From: Anaerolineae bacterium
Lineage (GTDB): Bacteria; Chloroflexota; Anaerolineae; B4-G1
Assembly: GCA_016931785.1 (NCBI GenBank)
Contig: JAFGED010000206.1
Span: forward strand, 1-54,567
Direction of reading: 5' to 3'
DNA: 54,567 nucleotides
Shown here: positions 1 through 8,701 of the stretch, one piece after another
Position numbering within the stretch: position 1 is the stretch's first letter
Layout: every line of letters starts with the position of its first letter
The notes under the pieces: generated by a model
What the model was told of the DNA's origin: nothing
Seen by the model: only the letters and a program-made list of their open reading frames with translations
The model's database searches: none
Position numbers and translations under genes: made by a program

Positions 1-4
1 GTGT

Positions 5-52
5 GGGAGTATGGGTGTGTGGGAGTATGGGAGTGTGGGAGTGTGGGAGTGT
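5..52. repeat. Octanucleotide tandem repeat (GGGAGTRT-like, 6 units), cut by the window edge
   Basis: Read directly: GGGAGTAT GGGTGTGT GGGAGTAT GGGAGTGT GGGAGTGT GGGAGTGT. It ends 12 nt before the ATG at 65. The ORF-track start at 11 only translates this repeat. Confidence 0.8.
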
Positions 53-64
53 GGCAGGCTGACG

Positions 65-610
65 ATGAAAGTTCAGATTAGCGGTACGGCGCTCGAACTG
101 GTCGAGGGGGATATTACCGAGATGGACGTCGATGCCATCGTCAATGCTGCCAACGAGCGGCTGGTCCACGGCGGCGGTGTGGCCGGCGTTATCTCCCGCA
201 GGGGAGGGCCGGCGGTCCAGAGCGAGAGCGATGCCTGGGTGCACCAGCACGGCCGGGTGCGCACCGGCTCGGCCGCCATCACCTCTGGCGGCCGGTTAAA
301 GGTTAGGCACGTCATCCACGCCGTCGGCCCCGTCTACGATGGCACGCCCCGCTCGGCGGAACTGTTGGCCTCGGCGGTGCGCGCAGCGCTCCACATGGCG
401 GACGGTCGCGGCTTGAAATCGATTGCCCTGCCCGCCATCAGCGCCGGCATCTTTGGCTATCCGATGGATGAGGCGGCGCGGGTGATGCTGGAGGCGGCTA
501 TCGCGTACTTGAGGGGTGAAACGGGCCTGGAGCGGGTTGTCTTTTGCCTCTACGGCCAGTCGGCGTTTAACGTCTTTTCCAGGGAACTGGAGGCGCAGGC
601 GCAGGCTTGA
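65..610 (+). CDS. Macro-domain protein (ADP-ribose / O-acetyl-ADP-ribose hydrolase family, YmdB-like)
   Basis: ORF 11..610 trimmed to ATG 65 (MKVQISG). Macro signature DAIVNAANERLVHGGGVAGVI and IALPAISAGIFGYP. Confidence 0.85.
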   Translation: MKVQISGTALELVEGDITEMDVDAIVNAANERLVHGGGVAGVISRRGGPAVQSESDAWVHQHGRVRTGSAAITSGGRLKVRHVIHAVGPVYDGTPRSAELLASAVRAALHMADGRGLKSIALPAISAGIFGYPMDEAARVMLEAAIAYLRGETGLERVVFCLYGQSAFNVFSRELEAQAQA

Positions 611-2007
611 TCGGCAGTTGTACTCGCGCTCAATAATTCCACTGCCGCCGCCAACTGCGGATCGTCCTCGACGGTGAACTCGTCCCAGTCCAGTGGGATC
701 TCGACGTCGGGAACGATGCCGGTTTCTTCCCAATCCGTGCCGCTGGGCGGGCGGAACGTCTCCTGGGCGATCCAGGCCTGCGACCCATCCTCAAAGTCGT
801 GACCGGATAGTATCTCCACGTTTCCATCGGTGGTGCGGCCCACGACGCGCGCTCCCCGCGTTTCTTGCAGCACGCCGCTGAACAACTCGCCAAAGCTGAC
901 GGTGTCTTTTCCCACGAGGATCGCCAGTGGCACGTTTTGTGACCCGCCGACGTCTGTTCCCCGCACGCGCAGCGGCCATTTTCGATCCTGGCTGACAAAG
1001 TGCCCCAGCTCCCCATCGGCGAAGAACGAAAGCAGCGCCCGCAGCACCGTGCTGGAGCCGCCGGCGTTGACGCGCATGTCGACGACCAGCCCGCTCGGCC
1101 CTCCCCCGGCGGCCAAATCCTCGAGGGCCTGGTGCATCTGTTCGGGGAGCGTCTCGTCCCACAGGTTGGGGATCAAGATGTAGCCGATGCCGCCCTCAAG
1201 CTGCCGTGTTTCGAGGGACAGCGAGCTCTGGATGCGTCTCCGGATCAGCGTCACCGTGCGGGGGGATTTGCCGGGCGTCTGCACGCGCAGCTTTACCGCG
1301 CTGCCCTCGGGGCCGAGCAGATGGTAGAGAAAGTCGTAGCCTTCTTCGTCGCAGCAGGCCGGCTGGTCGTCGATTTCCAGGATGCGATCGTGCGAGCGTA
1401 GCCCCGCGTCGGCGGCAGGGCTATCGGGCACAATCAGCAGGATGACGGCGTACCCTTTATCAGGCACCGCGCTGGCGGAGAACCCGACCCCCACATAGTC
1501 CAACGTGCCAGCCTCCATCAACTCCTGTTCGGCGACCTCGCCTGGGGAGAGAAAGTGGGAGTGGTCGTCGTTCAACTCGCGGAGCATGGCTTTCATCAGG
1601 AGCCAAAAGTCCTCGTCGCCCAGGCCGGCCTCGACGCGGGCACGGTAAGCCTCGCCGATGGCGTCCCAGTCCGCGCCGTTGTAGTCGGGGTAAAGGTAGT
1701 CATCGCGGACAAGTGTCCACAGCCGGGTAAAGACGCGCAGGTGGCGGGCGGTCGCCTCGCTATCGGTGGTCGGCGTGATCGTAGGGACGGCGGTGGAGAT
1801 GGCCGATGGGATTGCCGCGGGAATGGGAGAAGGGGTGGCGGTGCCGGGGATGGGAGAGGCGAGAGGGGGAGGGAGCGCCGGAGTTGGCGTGGGGCGGGCC
1901 AGCGCCCACCAGCCCAGGCTGCCGGTGGCGCATAGCCCGATTAGCAGGCAGGCGATGGTCAGAGCGGCGGCGGAGACGTAGAGGGCGGGTTGGCGTTTGG
2001 TAGCCAT
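550..2007 (-). CDS. S41 family C-terminal processing (tail-specific) peptidase with PDZ-like segment
   Basis: 485-aa ORF with N-terminal TM (ALYVSAAALTIACLLIGLCA) and a Pro/Thr linker. PDZ-like GYAVILLIVPDSPAADAGLRSHDRILEIDD. S41 core LVVDMRVNAGGSS ... ILVGKDTVSFGELFSG. Its 3' end overlaps the macro gene 3' end by 61 nt. Confidence 0.85.
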   Translation of the reverse strand: MATKRQPALYVSAAALTIACLLIGLCATGSLGWWALARPTPTPALPPPLASPIPGTATPSPIPAAIPSAISTAVPTITPTTDSEATARHLRVFTRLWTLVRDDYLYPDYNGADWDAIGEAYRARVEAGLGDEDFWLLMKAMLRELNDDHSHFLSPGEVAEQELMEAGTLDYVGVGFSASAVPDKGYAVILLIVPDSPAADAGLRSHDRILEIDDQPACCDEEGYDFLYHLLGPEGSAVKLRVQTPGKSPRTVTLIRRRIQSSLSLETRQLEGGIGYILIPNLWDETLPEQMHQALEDLAAGGGPSGLVVDMRVNAGGSSTVLRALLSFFADGELGHFVSQDRKWPLRVRGTDVGGSQNVPLAILVGKDTVSFGELFSGVLQETRGARVVGRTTDGNVEILSGHDFEDGSQAWIAQETFRPPSGTDWEETGIVPDVEIPLDWDEFTVEDDPQLAAAVELLSASTTADQACACASSSLEKTLNADWP

Positions 2008-2018
2008 TGCTGAGGTGG

Positions 2019-2387
2019 TCAGAGGTCCGATACTGAAGGCAGGTCGCGCTGGTGGGCCACGAGCCGGTTGATGCGGATGCGCTGGGCGCGCAGCCAGCGG
2101 CGCGGCCCCAGGATGCGGCGTCCCATCTCTGGTGGGGCGTCGGGCAGACGGGTGAGGGTGCCCTCCGCCACCAGTTGGTCGAAGAAGGCCAGAAAGCGCT
2201 GCTCTAGCTCCTTGTCGTCGTACTCCTCGCCGCGTTCGAGGGTCTCGCGGGCCAGTTGCTCGATGAAGGCGGAGGTGCGCTCGATGAGCGTCTCTACCGG
2301 CTCCAGCACGATCCCCCAGGCGTACAGCGGGTCGAGCGGCATGGAGCCGAATTCCATGGGACTGGGTGGGGCTGGTTTTTCTTCCAT
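2019..2387 (-). CDS. Hypothetical acidic protein (about 122 aa), probably co-transcribed with the S41 peptidase
   Basis: ORF 2019..2399. ATG 2387 (MEEKPAPP) is preceded by GAGGAA. Only 11 nt separate its stop from the S41 start. No family recognised. Confidence 0.6.
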   Translation of the reverse strand: MEEKPAPPSPMEFGSMPLDPLYAWGIVLEPVETLIERTSAFIEQLARETLERGEEYDDKELEQRFLAFFDQLVAEGTLTRLPDAPPEMGRRILGPRRWLRAQRIRINRLVAHQRDLPSVSDL

Positions 2388-2548
2388 CGTATTCCTCAAG
2401 TGGGGATTAGGGACATCTTTTCATCTCTGCAATCCAGCGCCCAGCCATTATACACCATTTGGGCGATTAGGGGAGGCTAGGAGGTATGTTGTGGTGGGGC
2501 GTTTTGCCTGGCGGCGCCCGAGGCAGACAGTAACGAGGCTGTATAAGT

Positions 2549-2576
2549 TTGCGCATTTGTTGAAATTGGCTAGAAT
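2549..2576 (+). promoter_or_regulatory. Sigma70-like promoter, cassette P2 copy 1 (-35 TTGCGC, 16-nt spacer, -10 TAGAAT)
   Basis: The 46-nt block 2547..2592 is 39/46 identical to 13906..13951. TTGCGC is at 2549-2554 and TAGAAT at 2571-2576. It points into the GT-C array. Confidence 0.55.
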
Positions 2577-2583
2577 AACGTAC

Positions 2584-2775
2584 TTGCTGGCCTTGGGTTC
2601 GCATCTCCAGTTCAACGGCAGTTACCGTGTTGGTATTTCGTTACCCGTTCGACTGGCTGGCTGCTGACCGTTCGGGTGCCGCGCTACCTACATCGCTTCA
2701 TCGCTCTCCTGGTTGTGTCCATAGCTGCCCTGGTCGAGTGTGGCGCCTTTTCTGTGTGAGGCGGGCGGGGCAGCT
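2584..2775 (+). pseudogene. Relic fragment of a type-B GT-C paralogue (homologous to 17010..17200 of the gene at 15984)
   Basis: Nucleotide-level alignment by eye: ctggccttgg..catctccagttcaacggc....cacatcgcttca.cgctctcct.....gctgccctgg. It translates as LLALGSHLQFNGSYRVGISLPVRL, against LLALGPHLQFNGDHYVNISLPIRL in the intact gene. A 4-nt gap relative to the gene and an in-frame TGA at 2665-2667 disrupt it. Confidence 0.7.
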
Positions 2776-2853
2776 ATAAGCAGTTCTCTTGTCCAGCGAT
2801 CTGTGGGGTGGATGGAAGTTTGGTGGCCTAGATGGAGGTTTGGATGACGGGTA

Positions 2854-5800
2854 GTGTGTGGGAGTGGCTCGATAAGGGGAGATTATTCGTTGGTGCATAG
2901 AGCACGCCGGTGGGTGGCCGTTGGCTTGGTATTGCTGTTTCTGCTGGCCTTTGTGCCGCGGGTCGTGTATCCCGTCTCCCGACCTCTCCAGTGGTACTTT
3001 CGCTCGGCGCAGTTCTTCCAGGCGGTCCTGCGCGGGGACCTGGCAGGCACGCTCTTCTCCGAGCACCCCGGCGTGACGGTGATGTGGCTTTCGGGGGCGG
3101 CACTATGGGGCTGGTACGGCTTGCAATCCCTCTTGGGTCTGAATCCACCTACACCTTTGGAGACGGAGGGCTATGCTTTCTTTGACCGGGTTACGGTAGC
3201 GGTGGTGCCGCTGGCGTTGGTCGTGGCACTGGGTATCGTCTGGGGTTGGTATCTCCTGCGTCGTCTCTTTGGCCAGCGGGTGGCCTGGGTGGCAGCAGTG
3301 TTGTGGGCTGTCGATCCCTTTTACCTGGCCAACTCCAAGGCGCTTCACCTCGATGCCACGCTTTCCACGCTGATGCTGCTTTCTGCCCTGTGGATGCTGA
3401 CCTATCTGCGCGAGCATCGCTGGCGGTATCTGGTCCTATCGGCAACCCTGGGTGGCCTGGCGATCCTGACCAAGATATCGGCTGTTTTCTTGTTTCCCTT
3501 TTGGGGGCTCTGTCTGCTGGTTGATTGGCTCCCGTCTATTCGCGGTTTCCGATCGCTAATCTCGAATCTTGGGCCTTTGATATCGCGTATCCTGCTCTGG
3601 CTTCTCATCGCTGCTGCTGTGTTCTTTGTCCGCTGGCCTGCCCTATGGGTGCAGCCCGCGGCCAGCTTTGATTGGATGATCAACGAAGGGATCCTGCTTC
3701 ACAAGGACGATGTTCGCGATCAGCCGCTGTTCTACCGAGGGACGCTGGGCGTGCAGGACCCCGGCCCCGGGTTTTACCTCGATACGATCCTTTTTCGCAC
3801 GACTTTTCTGACGTTGCCCTTTGTCGTCGTCGGCTTGCTGGCGCTGTGGGGCCGGCAGCGGGAGGAGCGGCTATCGCTGCTGCTGGTCGGTTTTGCCGCG
3901 TTCTTCTTCGTCCAGATGTCGCTGAGCGGTTGGAAGGACGGGCGCTACTTGTTGCCCATTTTCCTCATTTTGGACATTCTGGCCGCTTGCGGCTTGACGT
4001 GGTGGGCGGGCCGCCTGCCGCTCAAGTCCTTGGTGCAGATGGGCGTCGTCGGAGGGCTACTGACAACCCAGGCTATCGTCGTGTTCTTGCATCACCCTTA
4101 CTATGGTACCCACTACAACGTGCTATTGGGCGGCCAGCGTGCCGCGGAGCGGGTTTTTCCCCTGGCCGAGTGGGGGGAGGGATTGGATCTGGCGGGGCGG
4201 TACGTGGATAGCCAACCCGGCGCGGAGGATTTCACGATCGGCACGCAGTTCCTGGCCAACGAAATGCTTGCCCAGCACGTGCGCGCGCCGGTCTATGAGG
4301 TCCGACAGGTAAAAGACGAGGCGGAGTATCTGGTGTTTGGCGTGCAGTACACGACGCGTGGCAGGAACTATGATCGTTGGGGGGAGGAGTGGGAGGAGAC
4401 CTACAGGTTCCGTGAGCCGGAGTTTGTCGCTGCCTTCGATGGCATCCCCTATGCCTGGGTTTACCGACCCGACGCGGCGCCGGTCGTTCCGCGAAAGATG
4501 GATGCCAGTTTAGGGGGGGCGATTCGGCTGGTGGGCTACCGCCTGGCTCAGGATAGTGTGGCTCCTGGCGATAAATTGGTATTGACCCTTTACTGGAGAG
4601 CCGAGGGGCCGGTTGACGAGTATTACAACGTCTTTGTGCATCTACAGGCGGCAGACGGGAGCCTGGTGGCCCAGCAGGACAACGTCCCCGTGCGCGGCTC
4701 TTGGCCTACCAATGAGTGGGAAATGGATGTGCTGATTGAGGATCCATATGAAGTGCAGGTCCCCCTCGATCGAGCTCCCGCTGAATGCGTGTTGAGCGTA
4801 GGGATGTACAAACCGACGACGATGGAGCGGCTGGAGGCCGTCGGCGCCGATGGTGAGCGGCTGCCGGAGGATCGGGTGGTGCTGACCAACGTCTCGGTGC
4901 AGCCGGTGGTGGGCTGGTGGCGGTGGGTGTTTGCGGGGGCGTGGGTGGCGGTTGTTTTTGTCGGAATCGTGTGGCCACTCGTCTTGAAAAACGATCGGCA
5001 TGATGGTACGCGTTGTCAAAAGTTTTTCGGTGAGGAGGGCTTTCTGCAAGGCATTGGAAAGGCGGAAAGAATCTGCCTCGCAGTAATAGTGGTTGGCATC
5101 CTCGTGTATTTGTATTGGTACGGTGCTGTGATCCGCATAAGAGAGGCCAACGTAGACATGACACGCGCCGATCAGAGAGCGTACTTGCTCTACGCCGTAG
5201 AGATGTACAAGGTACTACATGAGGGCAAGGAGTTCCGCTCTCAGGGTGCACAAGGCCCCTTGTATCCAATGCTCCTTTCCCTGGTGTATGATCCAAGCCT
5301 CACCGAGGAAGAGTATTTTGTGCGTGGAAAGTACGTTAGCGCCGGGCTGTCGCTAATCCTATTGGGAGGGTTGTTTTTCATATTCAGGAAACACTTTTCC
5401 TTGCTGCATAGTGCTAATATCGTACTGGCGGAGGCCTTTATGGTGTTCTTGTTCAAGGCGCCATCATTTCACGCTGAGCCTCTGTTCTACTTTTGGGGCT
5501 TTTGTGCGTTTGTGTTACTGTACAGGATGTTGGTCAAACCCTCGTGGAAACTGGGCGTTCTGACCGGATTCGTGATCGGCATAGCGCATTTTACCAAACC
5601 ATCCTTGTTGCCCGCCTTGGGGCTTTTTCTCCTGTTTTCGGTGGCCAAGGCGATCGCGCCGCTTTGCTCCAGATTGGTCAAGCGGTCGTGCATCGCCCTT
5701 GGTCAATTCGATGTGCGGGTATTCTCTTCGCGTTTGGTGAGCATTGTTCTCGTTGCGGTCACTTTTCTGTCTACGGTCTATCCCTACATCAATTCGAACA

Positions 5801-6411
5801 AGAAGGTCTTTGGCAAGTATTTCTATTGTGTCAGTACGACCTTCTACATGTGGTACGACTCGTGGGAAGAGGCGAAACAGGGGACAAAAGCGTATGGAGA
5901 TCGAGAGGGATGGCCGGACATGCCGCCTGAACAGCTCCCCAGCCTCGACAAATACTTGCGAGAGCATACCGTACAGCAGATCGTGAATAGAGTATGGAAT
6001 GGATTTCGGATACTTCATCAAAGCTCCGCGAGTTCGTATGGCTATTACAAGTACGTTTTGATCTACTTGGTGGGTTTCCTCGCTATGGCCATTCTCAATC
6101 GTCGTCATACCCTGGAGATGGCAGCTAAACGCCCTTTCCTCTTGCTGTTTTGCCTCTCTTATTTTGCTGCCTATCTGTTTGCTTATGCCTGGTACACGCC
6201 AATTGCCAGTGGAAACCGGTTCACTTTGGCTTTGTTTCTTCCCTTTATGTTTGCCATCTCCCGTGCCATTTTCGCGCAGCCCACGGTATATCTGCCGGTT
6301 CGCCCTTTTGGCGTTCAGATCAAATTACTGAACGTGCTGAACGCCTTGGTGTTGGCTCTTCTCTTTTTTGACATATACGGTGTATTGACGGAAAAGGTAC
6401 TGACTATGTGA
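2854..6411 (+). CDS. Type-A GT-C-like membrane protein with one C-terminal shared module and TM anchor, fused in frame to a second bare PMT_2/ArnT-like GT-C membrane domain (1185 aa)
   Basis: Continuous ORF. The N-terminus parallels the genes at 6515 and 23721 (VSRPLQWYFRS...FSEHPGVTVMW...DPFYLANSKALHLDA). Shared module at about 4507-4905 (LVGYRL..LTLYWRA..YNVFVHLQ..WPTNEW..). TM VAVVFVGIVWPLVL. From about 5060 a second polytopic domain begins (TRADQRAYLLYAVEMYK, HFTKPSLLPALGLF). The start is uncertain: GTG 2854 is the longest option, and TTG 2890 or GTG 2893 follow AGGGGAG. Confidence 0.8.
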   Translation: MCGSGSIRGDYSLVHRARRWVAVGLVLLFLLAFVPRVVYPVSRPLQWYFRSAQFFQAVLRGDLAGTLFSEHPGVTVMWLSGAALWGWYGLQSLLGLNPPTPLETEGYAFFDRVTVAVVPLALVVALGIVWGWYLLRRLFGQRVAWVAAVLWAVDPFYLANSKALHLDATLSTLMLLSALWMLTYLREHRWRYLVLSATLGGLAILTKISAVFLFPFWGLCLLVDWLPSIRGFRSLISNLGPLISRILLWLLIAAAVFFVRWPALWVQPAASFDWMINEGILLHKDDVRDQPLFYRGTLGVQDPGPGFYLDTILFRTTFLTLPFVVVGLLALWGRQREERLSLLLVGFAAFFFVQMSLSGWKDGRYLLPIFLILDILAACGLTWWAGRLPLKSLVQMGVVGGLLTTQAIVVFLHHPYYGTHYNVLLGGQRAAERVFPLAEWGEGLDLAGRYVDSQPGAEDFTIGTQFLANEMLAQHVRAPVYEVRQVKDEAEYLVFGVQYTTRGRNYDRWGEEWEETYRFREPEFVAAFDGIPYAWVYRPDAAPVVPRKMDASLGGAIRLVGYRLAQDSVAPGDKLVLTLYWRAEGPVDEYYNVFVHLQAADGSLVAQQDNVPVRGSWPTNEWEMDVLIEDPYEVQVPLDRAPAECVLSVGMYKPTTMERLEAVGADGERLPEDRVVLTNVSVQPVVGWWRWVFAGAWVAVVFVGIVWPLVLKNDRHDGTRCQKFFGEEGFLQGIGKAERICLAVIVVGILVYLYWYGAVIRIREANVDMTRADQRAYLLYAVEMYKVLHEGKEFRSQGAQGPLYPMLLSLVYDPSLTEEEYFVRGKYVSAGLSLILLGGLFFIFRKHFSLLHSANIVLAEAFMVFLFKAPSFHAEPLFYFWGFCAFVLLYRMLVKPSWKLGVLTGFVIGIAHFTKPSLLPALGLFLLFSVAKAIAPLCSRLVKRSCIALGQFDVRVFSSRLVSIVLVAVTFLSTVYPYINSNKKVFGKYFYCVSTTFYMWYDSWEEAKQGTKAYGDREGWPDMPPEQLPSLDKYLREHTVQQIVNRVWNGFRILHQSSASSYGYYKYVLIYLVGFLAMAILNRRHTLEMAAKRPFLLLFCLSYFAAYLFAYAWYTPIASGNRFTLALFLPFMFAISRAIFAQPTVYLPVRPFGVQIKLLNVLNALVLALLFFDIYGVLTEKVLTM

Positions 6412-6514
6412 TTGTGTGCGTTGGTCGATTACGTATGTTCTTTGCTAAGGGGCGATTGGGTTTTCCGGGAAATGCGAGCTACTTGTGCGGTCGGCGTTGC
6501 GTGGAGTTCTCTCG

Positions 6515-8683
6515 ATGAAAGGAAGCTATCCGTTGAAACATAACGTTCGTCGTTGGACGTATATTGGTTTAGCGCTGGTGTTCTTGCTAGCTTTTGTGTT
6601 GCGGGCCGTGACGCCTGTTTCGCGCCCGCTACAGTGGTATTACCGTTCTATCGATTTCATCACCGCGATCATGGAGGGCCGCTGGGCCGATACGTTCTTC
6701 AGCGAACACCCTGGGGCTAGTGTGATGTGGATCGTAGGGATCGCGCAGCATCTGGTCTACAATGTGCGTGTGGCATTGGGACAGAATCCCCCGCCGCTGT
6801 TGGATATAGATGGACGGGTGTTCAACACTGAGGTGGCGGTAGGTGTGTGGGCGCTGGCGGCTGTTATTTCGGGCACTATTGCGGCGGCGTGGCATCCTTT
6901 GAGGAGATTATTTGGCAGACGCGTGGCTTGGGCTTCTGTTTTGCTAATGGCGTTGGATCCGTACTACATCGCTAACGGGAAGGTGCTGCATATCGATGCA
7001 TTGCTTTCGGCGCTGATGCTGCTTTCGGCCCTGGCGTGGATGGTCTATGCGAGGGATGAAGATCGGCGATCCTTTATCGTCTCGGTGGTCTGTGGCGGCC
7101 TAGCCGTGTTGACCAAGGCCCCGTCTATTTTCCTGATACCTTTTTGCGCTTTGGCCCTTCTGGTGACGCGGTTTGGTGAAAAGCGGTTCAGCCTGCGCTG
7201 GCTGCTGCGTCGATGGGCGCTGCCATTGTTGGTCTGGCTGTGTATCGTGACCGCGCTTTTTTTCCTGCTGTACCCGGCGGCGTGGGCGATACCCGGTGAG
7301 ACTTTTGGATTTGCGCTGAAGGAGATAACGTGTCATGTGTCGCAGCCGCATACCAATCCGGTGTTTTTTCACGGCACTGCATGGGTTTCCGATCCTGGAC
7401 CATTGTACTATGTTTATACCCTGGCTTTCAAGTCCAGTTGGGTTAGTCTGAGCCTTGCTCTCTTGGGTTTATTGATATTTTGGCGATGGCCGTCGGCGAA
7501 ACGCCGCTCGGCTATTCTTGTGGTTGTGTATGTGATGTGTTTTGCGATACAGATGACGATCGGTGGCAAAAAAGGCCTACGTTATTTGTTGCCCTTATTC
7601 CCGATGTTTGACGTGTTGGCAGGCCTGGGATGGCTGGCGTTCCAAAAGGGAGTTGCTATGCTGGTGCGACGCTCCGTTATCTCTTGGGTGGTCGCTGCCC
7701 TGCCCATCGTCGTGCTGGCGGTAATGGTGTTACCTCTGCATCCATACTACGGTACACACTATAATATCCTTTGGGGAGGGATTAGAGCCGCCACACGCGA
7801 GTTCCCGCTACAAGAACAGGCAGAGGGATACGATTTGGTCGGGGAGTGGCTTGAGGAGCGTGGAGGGAGTCGACTGCGTGTGGTGTCGCAGCAGCCCGAT
7901 ATGCTCATGCAGCACACAGGAGCGCAGATTTTCGAGTACGATGCACCCGAGGCCAACCCTGCTAACCACAGCGTGGATTATTTTGCCTTTGACCGCAATC
8001 ACCTGGTGCGCAACTACCGTGATGATCTTTGGTGTACTACATGGCAGCGCTATCGCAGTCGGGAGCCCGCATTTCAGGTTGATTTCCTGGGAGTTCCTTA
8101 CGTCTGGGTTTACGAGGCTTTGCCTTCTTCTCTGACCATCGATGCGTCTAGTCATCTTTTTGGCGGGTGGCTGGATGATGGCATCGAGTTGATCGGCTAT
8201 GACTGGCAAGATGAGTGGGCCGTGCCGGGGGATTCACTCCCGCTATATCTTTACTGGCACGCCGACCAGTCGCTAGCGACCGACTATACTGTATTCGTGC
8301 ATCTGCATGGGCCTGATGGGGGATTGCTGGCCCAGTGCGATAGTCCGCCTCTAGGAGGTGCACGCCCGACGACGAGCTGGGCTCCCGGCGAAGTGGTCGG
8401 GGACATGTGCGATGTGGTGTTACCGGAAGATGCACCCCTGGGACAGTATCAAGTGTTTGTGGGGATGTATGCCTGGCCCAGTTTGGAGCGTCTGCCAGCC
8501 TTTGCAGCAGATGGCGCGGATTTACCTGATGGCCGGCTGCCATTGTTGACTTTTGAGCTGAGTGACGCGAATACATTGCGTCTGCCCTGGTTATGGATGA
8601 TATTGGCATGGCTGGTGGTACTGGTCGTGTTAGGGGTTGGCGTAATGGGAATTAGGAAGCAGAAGGAAGAGTCTGGGGTCTAG
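6515..8683 (+). CDS. Type-A GT-C-like membrane protein, one shared C-terminal module plus C-terminal TM anchor
   Basis: ORF 6485..8683. ATG 6515 lies 8 nt after GGAG. VSRPLQWYYRS...FSEHPGASVMW...DPYYIANGKVLHIDA. Module LIGYDW..LYLYWHA..DYTVFVHLHGPDGGLLAQCD..RPTTSWAPGEVV..GQYQVFVGMY. Tail TM LAWLVVLVVLGVGV. Confidence 0.85.
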   Translation: MKGSYPLKHNVRRWTYIGLALVFLLAFVLRAVTPVSRPLQWYYRSIDFITAIMEGRWADTFFSEHPGASVMWIVGIAQHLVYNVRVALGQNPPPLLDIDGRVFNTEVAVGVWALAAVISGTIAAAWHPLRRLFGRRVAWASVLLMALDPYYIANGKVLHIDALLSALMLLSALAWMVYARDEDRRSFIVSVVCGGLAVLTKAPSIFLIPFCALALLVTRFGEKRFSLRWLLRRWALPLLVWLCIVTALFFLLYPAAWAIPGETFGFALKEITCHVSQPHTNPVFFHGTAWVSDPGPLYYVYTLAFKSSWVSLSLALLGLLIFWRWPSAKRRSAILVVVYVMCFAIQMTIGGKKGLRYLLPLFPMFDVLAGLGWLAFQKGVAMLVRRSVISWVVAALPIVVLAVMVLPLHPYYGTHYNILWGGIRAATREFPLQEQAEGYDLVGEWLEERGGSRLRVVSQQPDMLMQHTGAQIFEYDAPEANPANHSVDYFAFDRNHLVRNYRDDLWCTTWQRYRSREPAFQVDFLGVPYVWVYEALPSSLTIDASSHLFGGWLDDGIELIGYDWQDEWAVPGDSLPLYLYWHADQSLATDYTVFVHLHGPDGGLLAQCDSPPLGGARPTTSWAPGEVVGDMCDVVLPEDAPLGQYQVFVGMYAWPSLERLPAFAADGADLPDGRLPLLTFELSDANTLRLPWLWMILAWLVVLVVLGVGVMGIRKQKEESGV

Positions 8684-8701
8684 GCCAGATGGCAGGCGAC
8701 G

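Noticed and set aside
550-610. 61-nt convergent overlap of the macro-domain and S41 peptidase genes
   Set aside because: The overlap is real at the ORF level. The last 20 residues or so of the peptidase lie beyond its conserved core and may simply be run-on until the first stop. I see no evidence of a functional antisense arrangement.
2068-2667. 199-aa + strand ORF spanning the 2019..2387 gene (antisense) and the intergenic region
   Set aside because: Its first two-thirds are a shadow of the minus-strand gene. Its last 30 residues are the translated relic of the type-B gene (LLALGSHLQFNG...), so it is not an independent gene.
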